34,338 nucleotides of DNA. Origin: Eubacteriales bacterium. Its GTDB lineage: Bacteria; Bacillota; Clostridia; Oscillospirales; UBA644. The stretch spans positions 1 to 34,338 of the forward strand of contig JAZNDV010000110.1 of the NCBI GenBank assembly GCA_045588285.1, in the 5' to 3' direction. Positions within the stretch are counted from its first letter, which is position 1, and each line of letters begins with the position of its first letter. Positions 24,814 to 34,120 of the stretch are shown here, in pieces. The translations under genes were made by a program, and so were the position numbers. Below the pieces are notes generated by a model, which was given only the letters and a program-made list of their open reading frames with translations, ran no database searches and was not told where the DNA came from.

Positions 24814-26226
24814 ATGCGAAAAACAAAGATTGTTTGTACCGTAGGACCTGCGTGCTCTGACGAAAAAACTCTGACCGAAATGTGTCTTGCCGGTATGAAT
24901 GTTGCCCGGTTGAATTTTTCTCATGGTACTCATCAACAGCATCAGGAGACCATAGATACGATTAAAAAAGTTCGTGAGGCGTTGGATCTCCCTATCGCCA
25001 TTCTTTTGGATACCAAAGGCCCGGAATGCCGAATCCGCACCTTTGAAAAGGGAAGCGTCACGCTAAGAGACGGCGATACCTTTTCCCTTACGGTAGAGGA
25101 TATTGTGGGGGACGAGACCAGGGTCTCCGTTTCTTACGCGGGAATGATCGACGATCTTTCCGTGGGAGATCGGGTGTTGATCAACAACGGATTGGTGGTG
25201 CTTGAAGTTCGGGAATTGACCAAGACCGATGCTCTTTGTACCGTTCTCTCCGGCGGCGTTCTTTCCGACCGGAAAAGCATGGCGTTCCCCAATAGAGTGC
25301 TGAATCAGGTGTATCTCAGCGAGCAGGATAAAAAAGATCTTCTGTTCGGAATTCAAAACGGCGTGGATTTTATCGCCTGCTCCTTCGTTTCCCGGAAACA
25401 GGACCTGACTGATGTGCGTAATTTTTTGGCAGAATGCGGAGCAAAAAATCCGGCCCTGATCGCCAAGATTGAAAACCGGGCTGGGGTGAACAATATCGAA
25501 GAAATCTGCGAAGAATGCGACGGCATTATGATCGCCAGAGGGGATATGGGGGTGGAAATTCCCTTTGAGGAACTGCCGGGAATTCAAAAGGAACTGATTA
25601 CCAAATGCAGTCTTTTGGGCAAACGGGTCATTACCGCAACGGAAATGCTGGAATCCATGATTCAAAATATTCGTCCCACCCGGGCGGAAATTACCGACGT
25701 GGCAAACGCCGTTTACGACGGAACCAGCGCCATCATGCTTTCCGCAGAAACCGCCGCAGGGCAGCACCCGGTGTTGGCGGTGCAGACGATGGCTCGCATT
25801 GCTGAACACACCGAACGGAACGTGGATTACGCCGCACGGTTCCATTCTTCGTCTTTTAAGATCAAAAACACCGTAGACGCCATTTCCCACGCCACCGTCG
25901 GCATGGCGATCGATATTCAGGCGAAAGCGATTTCCGTGTGCTCTCTTTCGGGACGAACCGCCCGCATGGTCTCCCGCTTCCGGCCGCCCGTGGATATCGT
26001 CGGATTGACTACCGATGAGAGAACCTGGCGAAGCCTCGCCCTCTCTTGGGGTGTAAATCCGGTGTTGTGCGAAACCTTCAATTCCACCGACGTTCTATTC
26101 TATTCCGCAAAAAAACTGACGCAGAAGACCTTGAAACTTCAGAAAGACGACCGTATCGTTATTACCGGAGGTATTACCAACGGTTGCTCGGGAAATACAG
26201 ACCTGATTAAAATCGAAAAGATATAA
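24814..26226 (+). CDS. pyk: Pyruvate kinase (470 aa, without a PEP-utilizer C-terminal extension)
   Basis: MRKTKIVCTVGPA, NVARLNFSHG, DTKGPE.R, MIARGDMGVEIP and ITDVANAV.DG are present. Confidence 0.95.
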   Translation: MRKTKIVCTVGPACSDEKTLTEMCLAGMNVARLNFSHGTHQQHQETIDTIKKVREALDLPIAILLDTKGPECRIRTFEKGSVTLRDGDTFSLTVEDIVGDETRVSVSYAGMIDDLSVGDRVLINNGLVVLEVRELTKTDALCTVLSGGVLSDRKSMAFPNRVLNQVYLSEQDKKDLLFGIQNGVDFIACSFVSRKQDLTDVRNFLAECGAKNPALIAKIENRAGVNNIEEICEECDGIMIARGDMGVEIPFEELPGIQKELITKCSLLGKRVITATEMLESMIQNIRPTRAEITDVANAVYDGTSAIMLSAETAAGQHPVLAVQTMARIAEHTERNVDYAARFHSSSFKIKNTVDAISHATVGMAIDIQAKAISVCSLSGRTARMVSRFRPPVDIVGLTTDERTWRSLALSWGVNPVLCETFNSTDVLFYSAKKLTQKTLKLQKDDRIVITGGITNGCSGNTDLIKIEKI

Positions 26227-26244
26227 AAGATATAATGGAATGAA

Positions 26245-26272
26245 GAAGCGAATCTCGACCGAGATTCGCTTC
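26245..26272. terminator. Bidirectional terminator between the convergent pyk and antiporter genes
   Basis: GAAGCGAATCTCG-AC-CGAGATTCGCTTC has perfect 13-nt arms and is followed by ATACTTTTATT. Confidence 0.7.
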
Positions 26273-26281
26273 ATACTTTTA

Positions 26282-27610
26282 TTAAGATTGTTTCGTCTGT
26301 TTTGCTTCGTTAAGTTTGTGATGGCGGCGGTTTTTGACGTGTTCCGGAATGGGTGTGATTTCCCCTGCGGCTTGCAAGGCCATTCTCGTTAGTACCGGCC
26401 CGATCAATTCGTAAACCAACACGGCAAACAGCGTGATGTTTCGGATGATTTCTCCGCTTGCTCCCAATTCCGGTGTTGCGGCGGCGATGGTGCACATGCC
26501 CAGCGCGACCCCCGCCTGGGGCAATAAGGTGATGCCTAAGTATTTGCAGATCTGAGGTTCGCATTTGACCATTTTGGAACTTCCAAAGGTTCCCAAGTAT
26601 TTCCCTGCGGAACGAGCGAGAATATAGATCACACCTGCAAGAACGACGTAGCCGTTTTTCAAAATATCCAGATTCAATTCTGCACCGCTGATGACGAAGA
26701 ACAGGGCAAAGAGGGGAGAGGTCCATTTATCGGAGCGTTCCATCAGATCGTGGGATAGAGGACAGATGTTGCAAAATACCGTTCCCAGCATCATGCAGAC
26801 CAACAAAGAAGAGAATTGTACGTGGACGGCTCCGATGCGGAAATCGATCATTGCCACGGAAACGGTGAGGAACACGAATGCGATGGTAAGATTGAGTCGG
26901 TTTGTGTTTGAGTTAAACAGTTTTTCCAACAACGTCAACACCCAACCCAATACCGCACCCAAAAGCAGGGACGCCGCAATTTCCACGAGGGGGTTGACGA
27001 TGATGGAGATGAGGTCAACGTCTCCGCTTGCCATTGCCCGGGCGATTCCGAAGGAAACGGCGAATACTACGAGCCCCACCGCATCGTCTAACGCGACGAT
27101 GGGCAAAAGCAATTTGGTCAAAGGCCCTTTTGCTTTGTATTGCCGTACGACCATCAGCGTGGCAGCAGGCGCTGTCGCCGTGGCGATCGCTCCTAAAACC
27201 AAAACCGTGGGCAGAGGCAGAATTTCCGGAATCAGAAGGTGAACTCCGAAAAGTGCGAGGTCCACGAACAGGGTGGCAACCAACGCCTGCAGAATCCCGA
27301 TAACGGTGGCTTGTTTTCCGGTTTTTTTCAAGTCAGACAGCCGAAATTCGTTGCCAATGGAAAAGGCGATGAATCCCAGCGCCACTTCCGAGATCAGTGC
27401 GAACCCTTCCATGCCTTCATGGGAGGTGAAGCCTATGCCGTCTTGATGCAGCATCCCCAAGCAATGGGGACCTACCAAGACACCGGCGATGAGATATGCC
27501 GTTACGGAAGGTAATTTCAGTGGTTTGAACAGACGGGTCATCAAAAGCCCTGCCAAAAGAGCGATGGAGACTGAGAGCAAAGTCGTTGCCATAACGGATA
27601 CTTCTTTCAT
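26282..27610 (-). CDS. Cation:proton antiporter (CPA2, Na_H_Exchanger domain only, no RCK domain)
   Basis: The 442-aa protein has about 12-13 TM segments. The N-terminus (LLSVSIALLAGLLMTRLFKPLKLPSVTAYLIAGVLVGP) is typical of KefB/NapA-type antiporters. The start could be 27610 or 27592, and neither has a strong RBS. Confidence 0.85.
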   Translation of the reverse strand: MKEVSVMATTLLSVSIALLAGLLMTRLFKPLKLPSVTAYLIAGVLVGPHCLGMLHQDGIGFTSHEGMEGFALISEVALGFIAFSIGNEFRLSDLKKTGKQATVIGILQALVATLFVDLALFGVHLLIPEILPLPTVLVLGAIATATAPAATLMVVRQYKAKGPLTKLLLPIVALDDAVGLVVFAVSFGIARAMASGDVDLISIIVNPLVEIAASLLLGAVLGWVLTLLEKLFNSNTNRLNLTIAFVFLTVSVAMIDFRIGAVHVQFSSLLVCMMLGTVFCNICPLSHDLMERSDKWTSPLFALFFVISGAELNLDILKNGYVVLAGVIYILARSAGKYLGTFGSSKMVKCEPQICKYLGITLLPQAGVALGMCTIAAATPELGASGEIIRNITLFAVLVYELIGPVLTRMALQAAGEITPIPEHVKNRRHHKLNEAKQTKQS

Positions 27611-27743
27611 ATAGTAATTTTAGGGGAGATGATTTCGATTTTCCACTTCGTGAAAATACGATACAATATCCGTTCCTTTCTACGCGGTATGTATATCATC
27701 TGCGTAGCAGATATCATGTCCGAAGGGAAAGGATATCATCGTA

Positions 27744-27780
27744 AAAAAGCTCTTTTGCCAGGTAGACAAAAGAGTTTTTT
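27744..27780. terminator. Terminator immediately downstream of tRNA-Arg on the minus strand (bidirectional shape)
   Basis: AAAAAAGCTCTTTTG-CCAGGTAGA-CAAAAGAGTTTTTT has an 8-bp stem flanked by an A-run and a T-run. Confidence 0.7.
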
Positions 27781-27783
27781 ACG

Positions 27784-27860
27784 TGGCGTACCCGAAAGGA
27801 TTCGAACCTTCGACCTTCAGAGTCGGAGTCTGACACTCTATCCAGCTGAGCTACGGGTAC
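27784..27860 (-). tRNA. tRNA-Arg (anticodon CCG), 77 nt, CCA encoded
   Basis: I folded the reverse complement by hand. The acceptor stem GUACCCG/CGGGUAC is perfect. The D arm is GCUC-AGCUGGAUA-GAGU. The anticodon arm is UCAGA-CUCCGAC-UCUGA, which gives anticodon CCG. The variable loop is AGGUC and the T arm GAAGG-UUCGAAU-CCUUU. The discriminator is G, followed by CCA. Confidence 0.93.
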
Positions 27861-28300
27861 ATATATTTAATTTTGAATTGAGATTTTTCCTCAGAACAGT
27901 ATATCACATTTTACTTTCAAATGCAAGCGTATTTTGAGAATGTAATATTTTATTCACAAATTCCAGGGTGGAATTATCCCGGTTATAGGACACGCTCTGC
28001 TTCTTTTCTTTCCGGGACGGGAATCCAGTTTCCAAAATCTTTCCAAAAGGTGTCGTTTCAAGGGTTTGGAAGGAAAAAAATATTGACAAAAAGAGCAAAA
28101 AAATTTATCTATTTGACATTGTTTTGTCATACATAGATGGTACACTTTCCTTGCTTACTTATAAATATAGTTGGAAGAGCCATACTGAGGTTATCAAAGT
28201 CAACTCTTGGAAACGCAGCCAAAAGGTATGAATCCAAAATTCAAAACTGCGGCGAAGAAAGGATTGAAAGAAGCAAAATTCTAATCTTGGAGTGGTGAAC

Positions 28301-29818
28301 ATGGAAAAAGAAAATGTCATCATTGAGTTGATCGGAGTTACGAAGTCTTATAATGAAACCACCGCGGTGGATAACTTCAACTTCTACGTCAACAAAGGCG
28401 AATTTGTTTCGTTTCTTGGTCCGTCCGGGTGCGGCAAGACCACGACTCTGCGCATGATTGCCGGATTCGAGCGTCCTACATCCGGGAAAATTCTTCTGAA
28501 TGGGGAGGATATTTCCAATCTTCCACCCTATGAACGTCCGGTCAATACGGTCTTTCAGAAGTATGCGCTGTTCCCTCATCTTGACGTGTACGATAACGTT
28601 GCCTTCGGATTGAAATTGAAGCGGGTTCCCTACGAAACCACCGACCGCAACGGAAACAAAATTACCAAGTATCGCAAACTGACCAAGGAAGAGATTTCTA
28701 AAAAGGTGACGGAAGCCTTGAAGATCGTTGATCTGGAAGAGTTTGAATGGAGAGATATCTCTACCCTTTCCGGAGGTCAGCAGCAACGGATCGCCATCGC
28801 CCGCGCCATCGTCAACGAACCTCAGATTCTTCTTTTGGACGAACCTTTGGGTGCGTTGGATCTGAAAATGCGCAAGGAAATGCAATTGGAATTAAAGGAG
28901 ATGCACCGTAAGTTGGGCATCACCTTCATTTACGTTACCCACGATCAGGAAGAAGCCTTGACTATGTCCGACACGATCGTCGTCATGAAGGACGGCTGTA
29001 TTCAGCAGATCGGCACACCCGAAGATATTTACAACGAGCCGAAAAATGCCTTCGTTGCCGACTTTATTGGGGAGAGCAATCTTTACGAAGGCACCTATAT
29101 GGGCAACCGTAAGGTTCGGTTCTTGAATCACATCTTTGACTGTGTGGACGATTTCCCCGCCAACGAAAAGGTCAACGTGGTCGTCCGTCCCGAGGACGTG
29201 AAGTTTGCCGAACCGGGTAAAGGAATGATTGACGGCGTTTTGACCGAAAAGGTCTTTAAGGGAATCCATTACGAATATACCATGATGGTGGGACGCAACG
29301 AAGTAACGATTCAATCTACCAAAAATATGGAGACGGGAATCCCCGTAGCCGTCAATATTGCCCCCGATCTGATTCATATCATGAAAAAGGATATGCTTTC
29401 CAACGTTTACGACGATGCCTATATCGACAATGATAACCGGGTCGTTATCGCCGGCGGCACCTTCGATTGTGACGTTACGCAGCTGATTCCCGGTTCTAAA
29501 TTGGACGAGGAAGGCTACGTTATCGCTCCTGACGGAAAGAAATACGATTTCAAAGACGCGGACGTTTTTGCCGACGTGGCGTTTTCCGATATTGAAATTA
29601 TCGACAACGAAGACGGAGGGGTGGTCTGCGGAAAGATTGTTTCCATGATCTATCTGGGCAACCACTACCAAGTTATTATCCGCACCGAAGACGATGAAGA
29701 TTTCGTTGCCGATACGGAATATACCTGGAACGAATTTGACCGGGTCTCGGTTCGTATCCCCGGGGAGAAGATCCGCCTCAAACTGCGTGGGGAGGCGTCT
29801 AAGTATGTCAAAAATTAA
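28301..29818 (+). CDS. potA: Spermidine/putrescine ABC importer ATPase, long form (505 aa)
   Basis: Walker A is GPSGCGKTT, with Q-loop, signature [14 protein letters not shown], Walker [12 protein letters not shown] and VTHDQEEA. The ADFIGESN motif is typical of PotA. GGAG lies 8 nt before ATG 28301. Confidence 0.88.
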   Translation: MEKENVIIELIGVTKSYNETTAVDNFNFYVNKGEFVSFLGPSGCGKTTTLRMIAGFERPTSGKILLNGEDISNLPPYERPVNTVFQKYALFPHLDVYDNVAFGLKLKRVPYETTDRNGNKITKYRKLTKEEISKKVTEALKIVDLEEFEWRDISTLSGGQQQRIAIARAIVNEPQILLLDEPLGALDLKMRKEMQLELKEMHRKLGITFIYVTHDQEEALTMSDTIVVMKDGCIQQIGTPEDIYNEPKNAFVADFIGESNLYEGTYMGNRKVRFLNHIFDCVDDFPANEKVNVVVRPEDVKFAEPGKGMIDGVLTEKVFKGIHYEYTMMVGRNEVTIQSTKNMETGIPVAVNIAPDLIHIMKKDMLSNVYDDAYIDNDNRVVIAGGTFDCDVTQLIPGSKLDEEGYVIAPDGKKYDFKDADVFADVAFSDIEIIDNEDGGVVCGKIVSMIYLGNHYQVIIRTEDDEDFVADTEYTWNEFDRVSVRIPGEKIRLKLRGEASKYVKN

Positions 29819-30602
29819 ATTTACCCGGAAATGGCTTGCTTTCCCCTACGGCGTATTTATGATCCTGTTCGTCGTTATTCCTTTGATTCTGATTTTGGGA
29901 TACGCCTTCACCGATGCGGAAGGGAATTTTACGTTTTCCAATTTAATGTCACTGTTCGGAAATGCGTCCAATATTAACACGATTCTCGTGTCCTTTATCA
30001 TCGGGGCGGCGAATACTGTGATCTGCCTTTTGATTGGTTATCCCGTGGCGTATTTTCTCGCTCACCGGGAACTGAACATGCCCACGGCGATCGTGTTGCT
30101 ATTCGTGATGCCTATGTGGATCAATTTCGTGCTTCGCACCGCCGCCACCCGGGATCTGCTGTATTGGATCGGGTTGAACGGCGGGGAACACCCCTATCTT
30201 TGCACCATGATCGGTATGGTTTATAACTACCTGCCCTTTGTGATTCTCCCGCTGTATACCACCATGACGAAGCTGGATTACAGTCAGATCGAAGCATCTT
30301 CCGATCTGGGTGCCCGTCCTTTGCAGACCTTCGTCAAGGTCATTCTTCCCATGACTGCCCCCGGTATCGTTTCGGCGGCAACCATGGTGTTCATGCCCAC
30401 CATGTCGTCTTACGTCATCAGCGACGTTATGGGGGAACGGAAACTGTCTTTGATCGGCAACAGTATCCAGTTGTATTTTGATCAGGGGCTTTGGCATATG
30501 GGCAGTATCGTGGCTGTGGTCATGTTGCTGTTGATTGCCGTTGGTATGTTCGCAACGAAGAACGTACAGAAAGAAGACGATGTCAGAGGTACGATGCTGT
30601 GA
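29805..30602 (+). CDS. potB: Spermidine/putrescine ABC importer permease
   Basis: ATG 29805 follows GGGGAGG. The protein has 6 TM segments and an EAA-like loop ([21 protein letters not shown]). The ORF part from 29694 to 29804 overlaps potA and is not coding. Confidence 0.88.
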   Translation: MSKIKFTRKWLAFPYGVFMILFVVIPLILILGYAFTDAEGNFTFSNLMSLFGNASNINTILVSFIIGAANTVICLLIGYPVAYFLAHRELNMPTAIVLLFVMPMWINFVLRTAATRDLLYWIGLNGGEHPYLCTMIGMVYNYLPFVILPLYTTMTKLDYSQIEASSDLGARPLQTFVKVILPMTAPGIVSAATMVFMPTMSSYVISDVMGERKLSLIGNSIQLYFDQGLWHMGSIVAVVMLLLIAVGMFATKNVQKEDDVRGTML

Positions 30603-31399
30603 AAAAGTCAACTCGTATCCTCGCCCGCCTCTACGTTTCCGTTATGCTGTTTTTGATGTATGCTCCCATTTTGGTTTTGATGGTTTTTTCCTTTACCGAA
30701 GCCAAAGTTATCGGCTCTTGGACGGGATTTTCTTTGGACCTGTACCCCGATTTGTTTAAGAATACAGAGATCGTTACCGCCGTGATCAATACGGTTATCG
30801 TCGCTCTCTCTTCTGCTGCCGTTTCCACGATTCTCGGAACGTTCGGCGCCATCGGAATCCATTACAGCGGAAAAAAGATGAAATCTGCCTTAGAGGGCGT
30901 TTCTCAGATTCCTATTATGAACGCAGAGATCGTCACCGCTCTTTCTTTGACGATTTTGTTTGTTTATTTCGGTGTCCATTTTAACTTTATTACGCTGTTG
31001 ATCGGGCACGTGGTTCTTACTCTTCCCTTCGTGGTGTTGAGTATCAATCCAAAACTTCAGCAGATGGATCCCAATATTTATGAAGCCGCCTTGGACTTGG
31101 GTTCAAGACCCTCGCAAGCCCTGCGGAAGATCGTTCTTCCGGAGATCATGCCGGGAATTTTCAGCGGATTTCTTTTGTCTGTCACCCTTTCTTTGGACGA
31201 TTATATCATCACCGCCTTCACCCGGGATACGTCCTTTACGACGTTGTCTACCTACGTTTACGGTGTTACCAGCAAAAAGGGAACGTTGCCCCCCACTCTG
31301 CGGGCGTTGACCACACTTATTTTCGTCTTTGCATTGGCGTTTCTTGTGATCGTTAATATCCGCAAGGGGCGTGGCAAAGGGGAAGGAGGCAGACGGTGA
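30599..31399 (+). CDS. potC: Spermidine/putrescine ABC importer permease
   Basis: The GTG start at 30599 overlaps the potB TGA (GTGA). The EAA-like loop is YEAALDLGSRPSQALRKIVLPEI. The ORF part from 30491 to 30598 overlaps potB. Confidence 0.85.
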   Translation: MKKSTRILARLYVSVMLFLMYAPILVLMVFSFTEAKVIGSWTGFSLDLYPDLFKNTEIVTAVINTVIVALSSAAVSTILGTFGAIGIHYSGKKMKSALEGVSQIPIMNAEIVTALSLTILFVYFGVHFNFITLLIGHVVLTLPFVVLSINPKLQQMDPNIYEAALDLGSRPSQALRKIVLPEIMPGIFSGFLLSVTLSLDDYIITAFTRDTSFTTLSTYVYGVTSKKGTLPPTLRALTTLIFVFALAFLVIVNIRKGRGKGEGGRR

Positions 31400-32865
31400 A
31401 AAAGATCTTATCGCTTCTCTTGTTCTTTTCTCTGTTCTTTTCGATCTCTGCCGGGTTCCGCTTTTCGGCAAGTGCAGAGGAACTGACCTTGCGGGTCTAT
31501 AATTGGCAGGATTATATCGATGACGGAACCGATGAGAACGGAACCAAAGTAATCCCCTCCGTCATGGAAGACTGGGCTGCGGATTATTACGCCCGCACCG
31601 GGGTAAAGGTGACCGTTCAGTATGATACGTTTGAGACCAACGAAACCATGCTAAATACTCTGAAAACCGGGAAATCTCAGTATGATCTGGTCTGTCCTTC
31701 CGATTACGTAATTCAGAAAATGATCGCCGCTACCGAACAGGGCACCGACGATAACATCGCTCTGGAAAAGTTCGATTATTCCAAGTTGGGTAATTACACG
31801 AAATACGCTTCGCCCTATATCAAGCAGGTCTTTGAAGAGAACGGGTTCGATCAATATTCCGTAGGCTATATGTGGGGTACGGTGGGCATCATGTACAATC
31901 CTGAAGCCGTAGCGGAAGAAGATACCAAATCATGGGAGATTCTTTGGAATACGGATTACAAAAACCGTATCACCATCAAGGATTCCGTCCGGGACGCCTA
32001 CATTCCCGCGGTGGTCGCCGCTTATAAGGAAGAAATCGAATCTTGGAATCAACGGTTTGAGGACGGAAGCGTTACGCTGCAGGAATACCGCACCGCCTTG
32101 GGCGATTTGATGAATCGCACCGACGACGGTACCATCGCCGCCGCCGGCTCCGCTTTGAAGTCTATGAAGAATAACATTTACGGACTGGAAGTGGACAGCG
32201 GAAAGAGCGACATCGTCTCCGGAAAGATCGACATCAATCAGGCGTGGTCGGGAGATGCCGTTTACGCTATGGATTTGGCAGAGGAAGAAGACGGCGTTCT
32301 TCTTAATTTCTCCGTTCCCGAAGACGGCGGTTCGGTCTGGTTTGACGGTTGGGTCATGCCCAAGGGGGCAAATACCGAACTTGCCCACGATTTTGTTAAT
32401 TACCTTTGTCAACCTTCCGTTGCTGCCCGGAATATGGAATTTATCGGTTACACCAGCGTTATTGCCGGAAATGAAATTTTTGACTTGGTTCAGGATTGGT
32501 ACGGCGATGACGAAGGGGAATACACCGTAGATCTGACCTATTACTTTGAAGGAACCCTTTCGGAAGATTATCTGTCCGAGGACGGAAAGATTCTCGTTCA
32601 GACTGCTGAGATCGGACGGCAATTCTCCGCCCAATATCCGGAAAAATCCGTGGTAGACCGCTGTTTCATCATGCGTGATTTCGGAGACCGAAACGATGCG
32701 GTGCTTACCATGTGGTCCCAATTCAAAGCCAACGATATCTCTGCAGGACTTTTGATGATGTTCGTCGTGATCCTTGCCGGGGCGTGTTTCGTTCTGCTCT
32801 GGTTTACTAAGCCCAAACGGGACTCCGCCCGCCGCCGCAAGGAATGGTTAGCGAAGCAGAAGTAA
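31396..32865 (+). CDS. potD: Spermidine/putrescine-binding protein (PotD/PotF family) with an N-terminal signal peptide and an extra C-terminal TM anchor
   Basis: The GTG start at 31396 overlaps the potC TGA. RVYNWQDYID, DLVCPSDY and NQAWSGDAVYAM are PotD-like. The C-terminus has a hydrophobic helix followed by KPKRDSARRRKEWLAKQK. Confidence 0.85.
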   Translation: MKKILSLLLFFSLFFSISAGFRFSASAEELTLRVYNWQDYIDDGTDENGTKVIPSVMEDWAADYYARTGVKVTVQYDTFETNETMLNTLKTGKSQYDLVCPSDYVIQKMIAATEQGTDDNIALEKFDYSKLGNYTKYASPYIKQVFEENGFDQYSVGYMWGTVGIMYNPEAVAEEDTKSWEILWNTDYKNRITIKDSVRDAYIPAVVAAYKEEIESWNQRFEDGSVTLQEYRTALGDLMNRTDDGTIAAAGSALKSMKNNIYGLEVDSGKSDIVSGKIDINQAWSGDAVYAMDLAEEEDGVLLNFSVPEDGGSVWFDGWVMPKGANTELAHDFVNYLCQPSVAARNMEFIGYTSVIAGNEIFDLVQDWYGDDEGEYTVDLTYYFEGTLSEDYLSEDGKILVQTAEIGRQFSAQYPEKSVVDRCFIMRDFGDRNDAVLTMWSQFKANDISAGLLMMFVVILAGACFVLLWFTKPKRDSARRRKEWLAKQK

Positions 32866-32929
32866 GAAGGGGAGAGGTGGTGCTTTTCCTTTTCGTGAAA
32901 GGAAAAAGTACCAAAAAGAAAAGTTGAGA

Positions 32930-32950
32930 CCGATGCAATTCTTGCATCGG
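32930..32950. terminator. Hairpin in the convergent potD/lipoprotein intergenic region
   Basis: CCGATGCAA-TTC-TTGCATCGG has a 9-bp perfect stem. T-rich sequence follows on the minus strand. A further A/T-rich hairpin lies at about 32883-32908. Confidence 0.4.
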
Positions 32951-32966
32951 GAGAGTAAAAAATTAA

Positions 32967-32994
32967 GGTGCATATCACGTTTGTGGTATGCACC
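32967..32994. terminator. Terminator for the minus-strand lipoprotein gene; possibly also used by potD
   Basis: GGTGCATA-N12-TATGCACC. On the minus strand it is followed by TTAATTTTTT, and on the plus strand by GTTTGTTATAT. Confidence 0.55.
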
Positions 32995-33038
32995 GTTTGT
33001 TATATATTCGAAAGAGGTGGTGGAATTATTATAACCGA

Positions 33039-33920
33039 TTATCCGTTGAAAGAGATTTTAATGATATCCGTTTCTTTTATGTCGTCCCATGTTTCCTTAT
33101 TGAAGATGTTAAGTTTCAGCTCCAATTCTGTAATATCCGTAATTCCGTTGTTGGTTAAATCCGATTCAAGAAACGTAACGGACGAGTAAGCCACTTTCCC
33201 GGAGAGTATGTCACAAGAAAAGACGGGATCGACCATAAAGCCGTTAATGGAGACATCTTTGGTTTGTATTGTAATGTTTTCGTTGGTGTTGTTTTCGATG
33301 TAAAGATACAGTTCTGAACCCCAAAAACTGTCTTCGCTACTCAATTTTTTTGCTATGACTTTAATTCCATCTGCGTCGTAAAGGGTTTCGCCCAATTTGT
33401 CAAAAACTTGATTGAAAGAAGCATCGGCGGAGGTTGTTAGTGTGATCGTTTCAGAAGTTGCAACATCGTCATAACTTTCTGTATCACAGAGATGTATTCT
33501 GAATTCAATATCTTTGATTGTTTGAATTTCGGCGGTTTTCAGTTCACTTTCTGTAAATACGATAGAGGAATTCGCTTTTTTCCCTGCGGCAACGTCTTCG
33601 GAGAAGATCGTTTCAATCATGGCTCCGTTGACAGCACTGTCACGAGTTTGAACTGTGAGGTTTTGGGGAGAGTTGTTTTCAATCAAAACTTTTACGGCAG
33701 GACCGAAAAATCCGGAATAGTCCATACCTGTAGCGGTAATTTTTACGTCGTTTTGATCAAAAATAACTTTTTCCGAAAGAGTTACTTCCGTTTTTTCGGA
33801 AGGTTTTGCATTATCGCCTACGGAGGGCTTTTTATCTGTTCCTGCTTCGGGGACGTCAACACAGGCAGAAAAAGAAAATGTAAGGACGAGAATCAGTGCG
33901 AGGGATAATAGTTTTTTCAT
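33039..33920 (-). CDS. Lipoprotein of unknown function with two tandem ~115-aa homologous domains
   Basis: The signal peptide has the lipobox FSAC (MKKLLSLALILVLTFSFSACV). AAAGGAG lies upstream. The internal repeat is visible in the translation (IENNSPQNLTVQTRDSAVNGAMIE versus IENNTNENITIQTKDVSINGFMVD, and so on). Confidence 0.75.
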   Translation of the reverse strand: MKKLLSLALILVLTFSFSACVDVPEAGTDKKPSVGDNAKPSEKTEVTLSEKVIFDQNDVKITATGMDYSGFFGPAVKVLIENNSPQNLTVQTRDSAVNGAMIETIFSEDVAAGKKANSSIVFTESELKTAEIQTIKDIEFRIHLCDTESYDDVATSETITLTTSADASFNQVFDKLGETLYDADGIKVIAKKLSSEDSFWGSELYLYIENNTNENITIQTKDVSINGFMVDPVFSCDILSGKVAYSSVTFLESDLTNNGITDITELELKLNIFNKETWDDIKETDIIKISFNG

Positions 33921-34120
33921 AGAAAAGACTCCTTTTTCTTTTTATTTTGCAGAATTTACCTTCTTCATTATACAACAATAGTTTAATAATGTCAATCTGT
34001 AAATATAAAAGTTCACCAAAAAGTCAAATAAATACATCTAAAAGTGCTTATTATTTTACCTCAAATTTAATATACTATATTTATAAGCGAAATGGGGTGT
34101 TGACAATAAGCGAGATTAAC

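Noticed and set aside
25063-25890. 275-aa minus-strand ORF inside pyk
   Set aside because: It is antisense to an unambiguous pyruvate kinase and has no RBS.
27629-27937. 102-aa plus-strand ORF
   Set aside because: It runs straight through the tRNA-Arg gene and its terminator and has no RBS.
27954-28145. 63-aa Cys-containing basic minus-strand ORF (…MTKQCQIDKFFCSFCQYFF…) in the tRNA/potA gap
   Set aside because: It has a GTG start without an RBS. The internal ATG has only a distant GGAAAG. The region is AT-rich and prone to chance ORFs, and the sequence has no recognisable fold. Ribosome profiling could revisit it.
27784-28300. tRNA-Arg as an integration site for a genomic island
   Set aside because: I saw no integrase, no direct repeat of the tRNA 3' end and no phage or mobile genes on either side. 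The flanking genes are housekeeping.
28241-29671. Minus-strand ORFs 28241-28885 and 28892-29671 inside potA
   Set aside because: They are shadow ORFs opposite a complete ABC ATPase with all motifs.
31930-32721. 263-aa minus-strand ORF inside potD
   Set aside because: It is antisense to a well-supported PotD-like gene.
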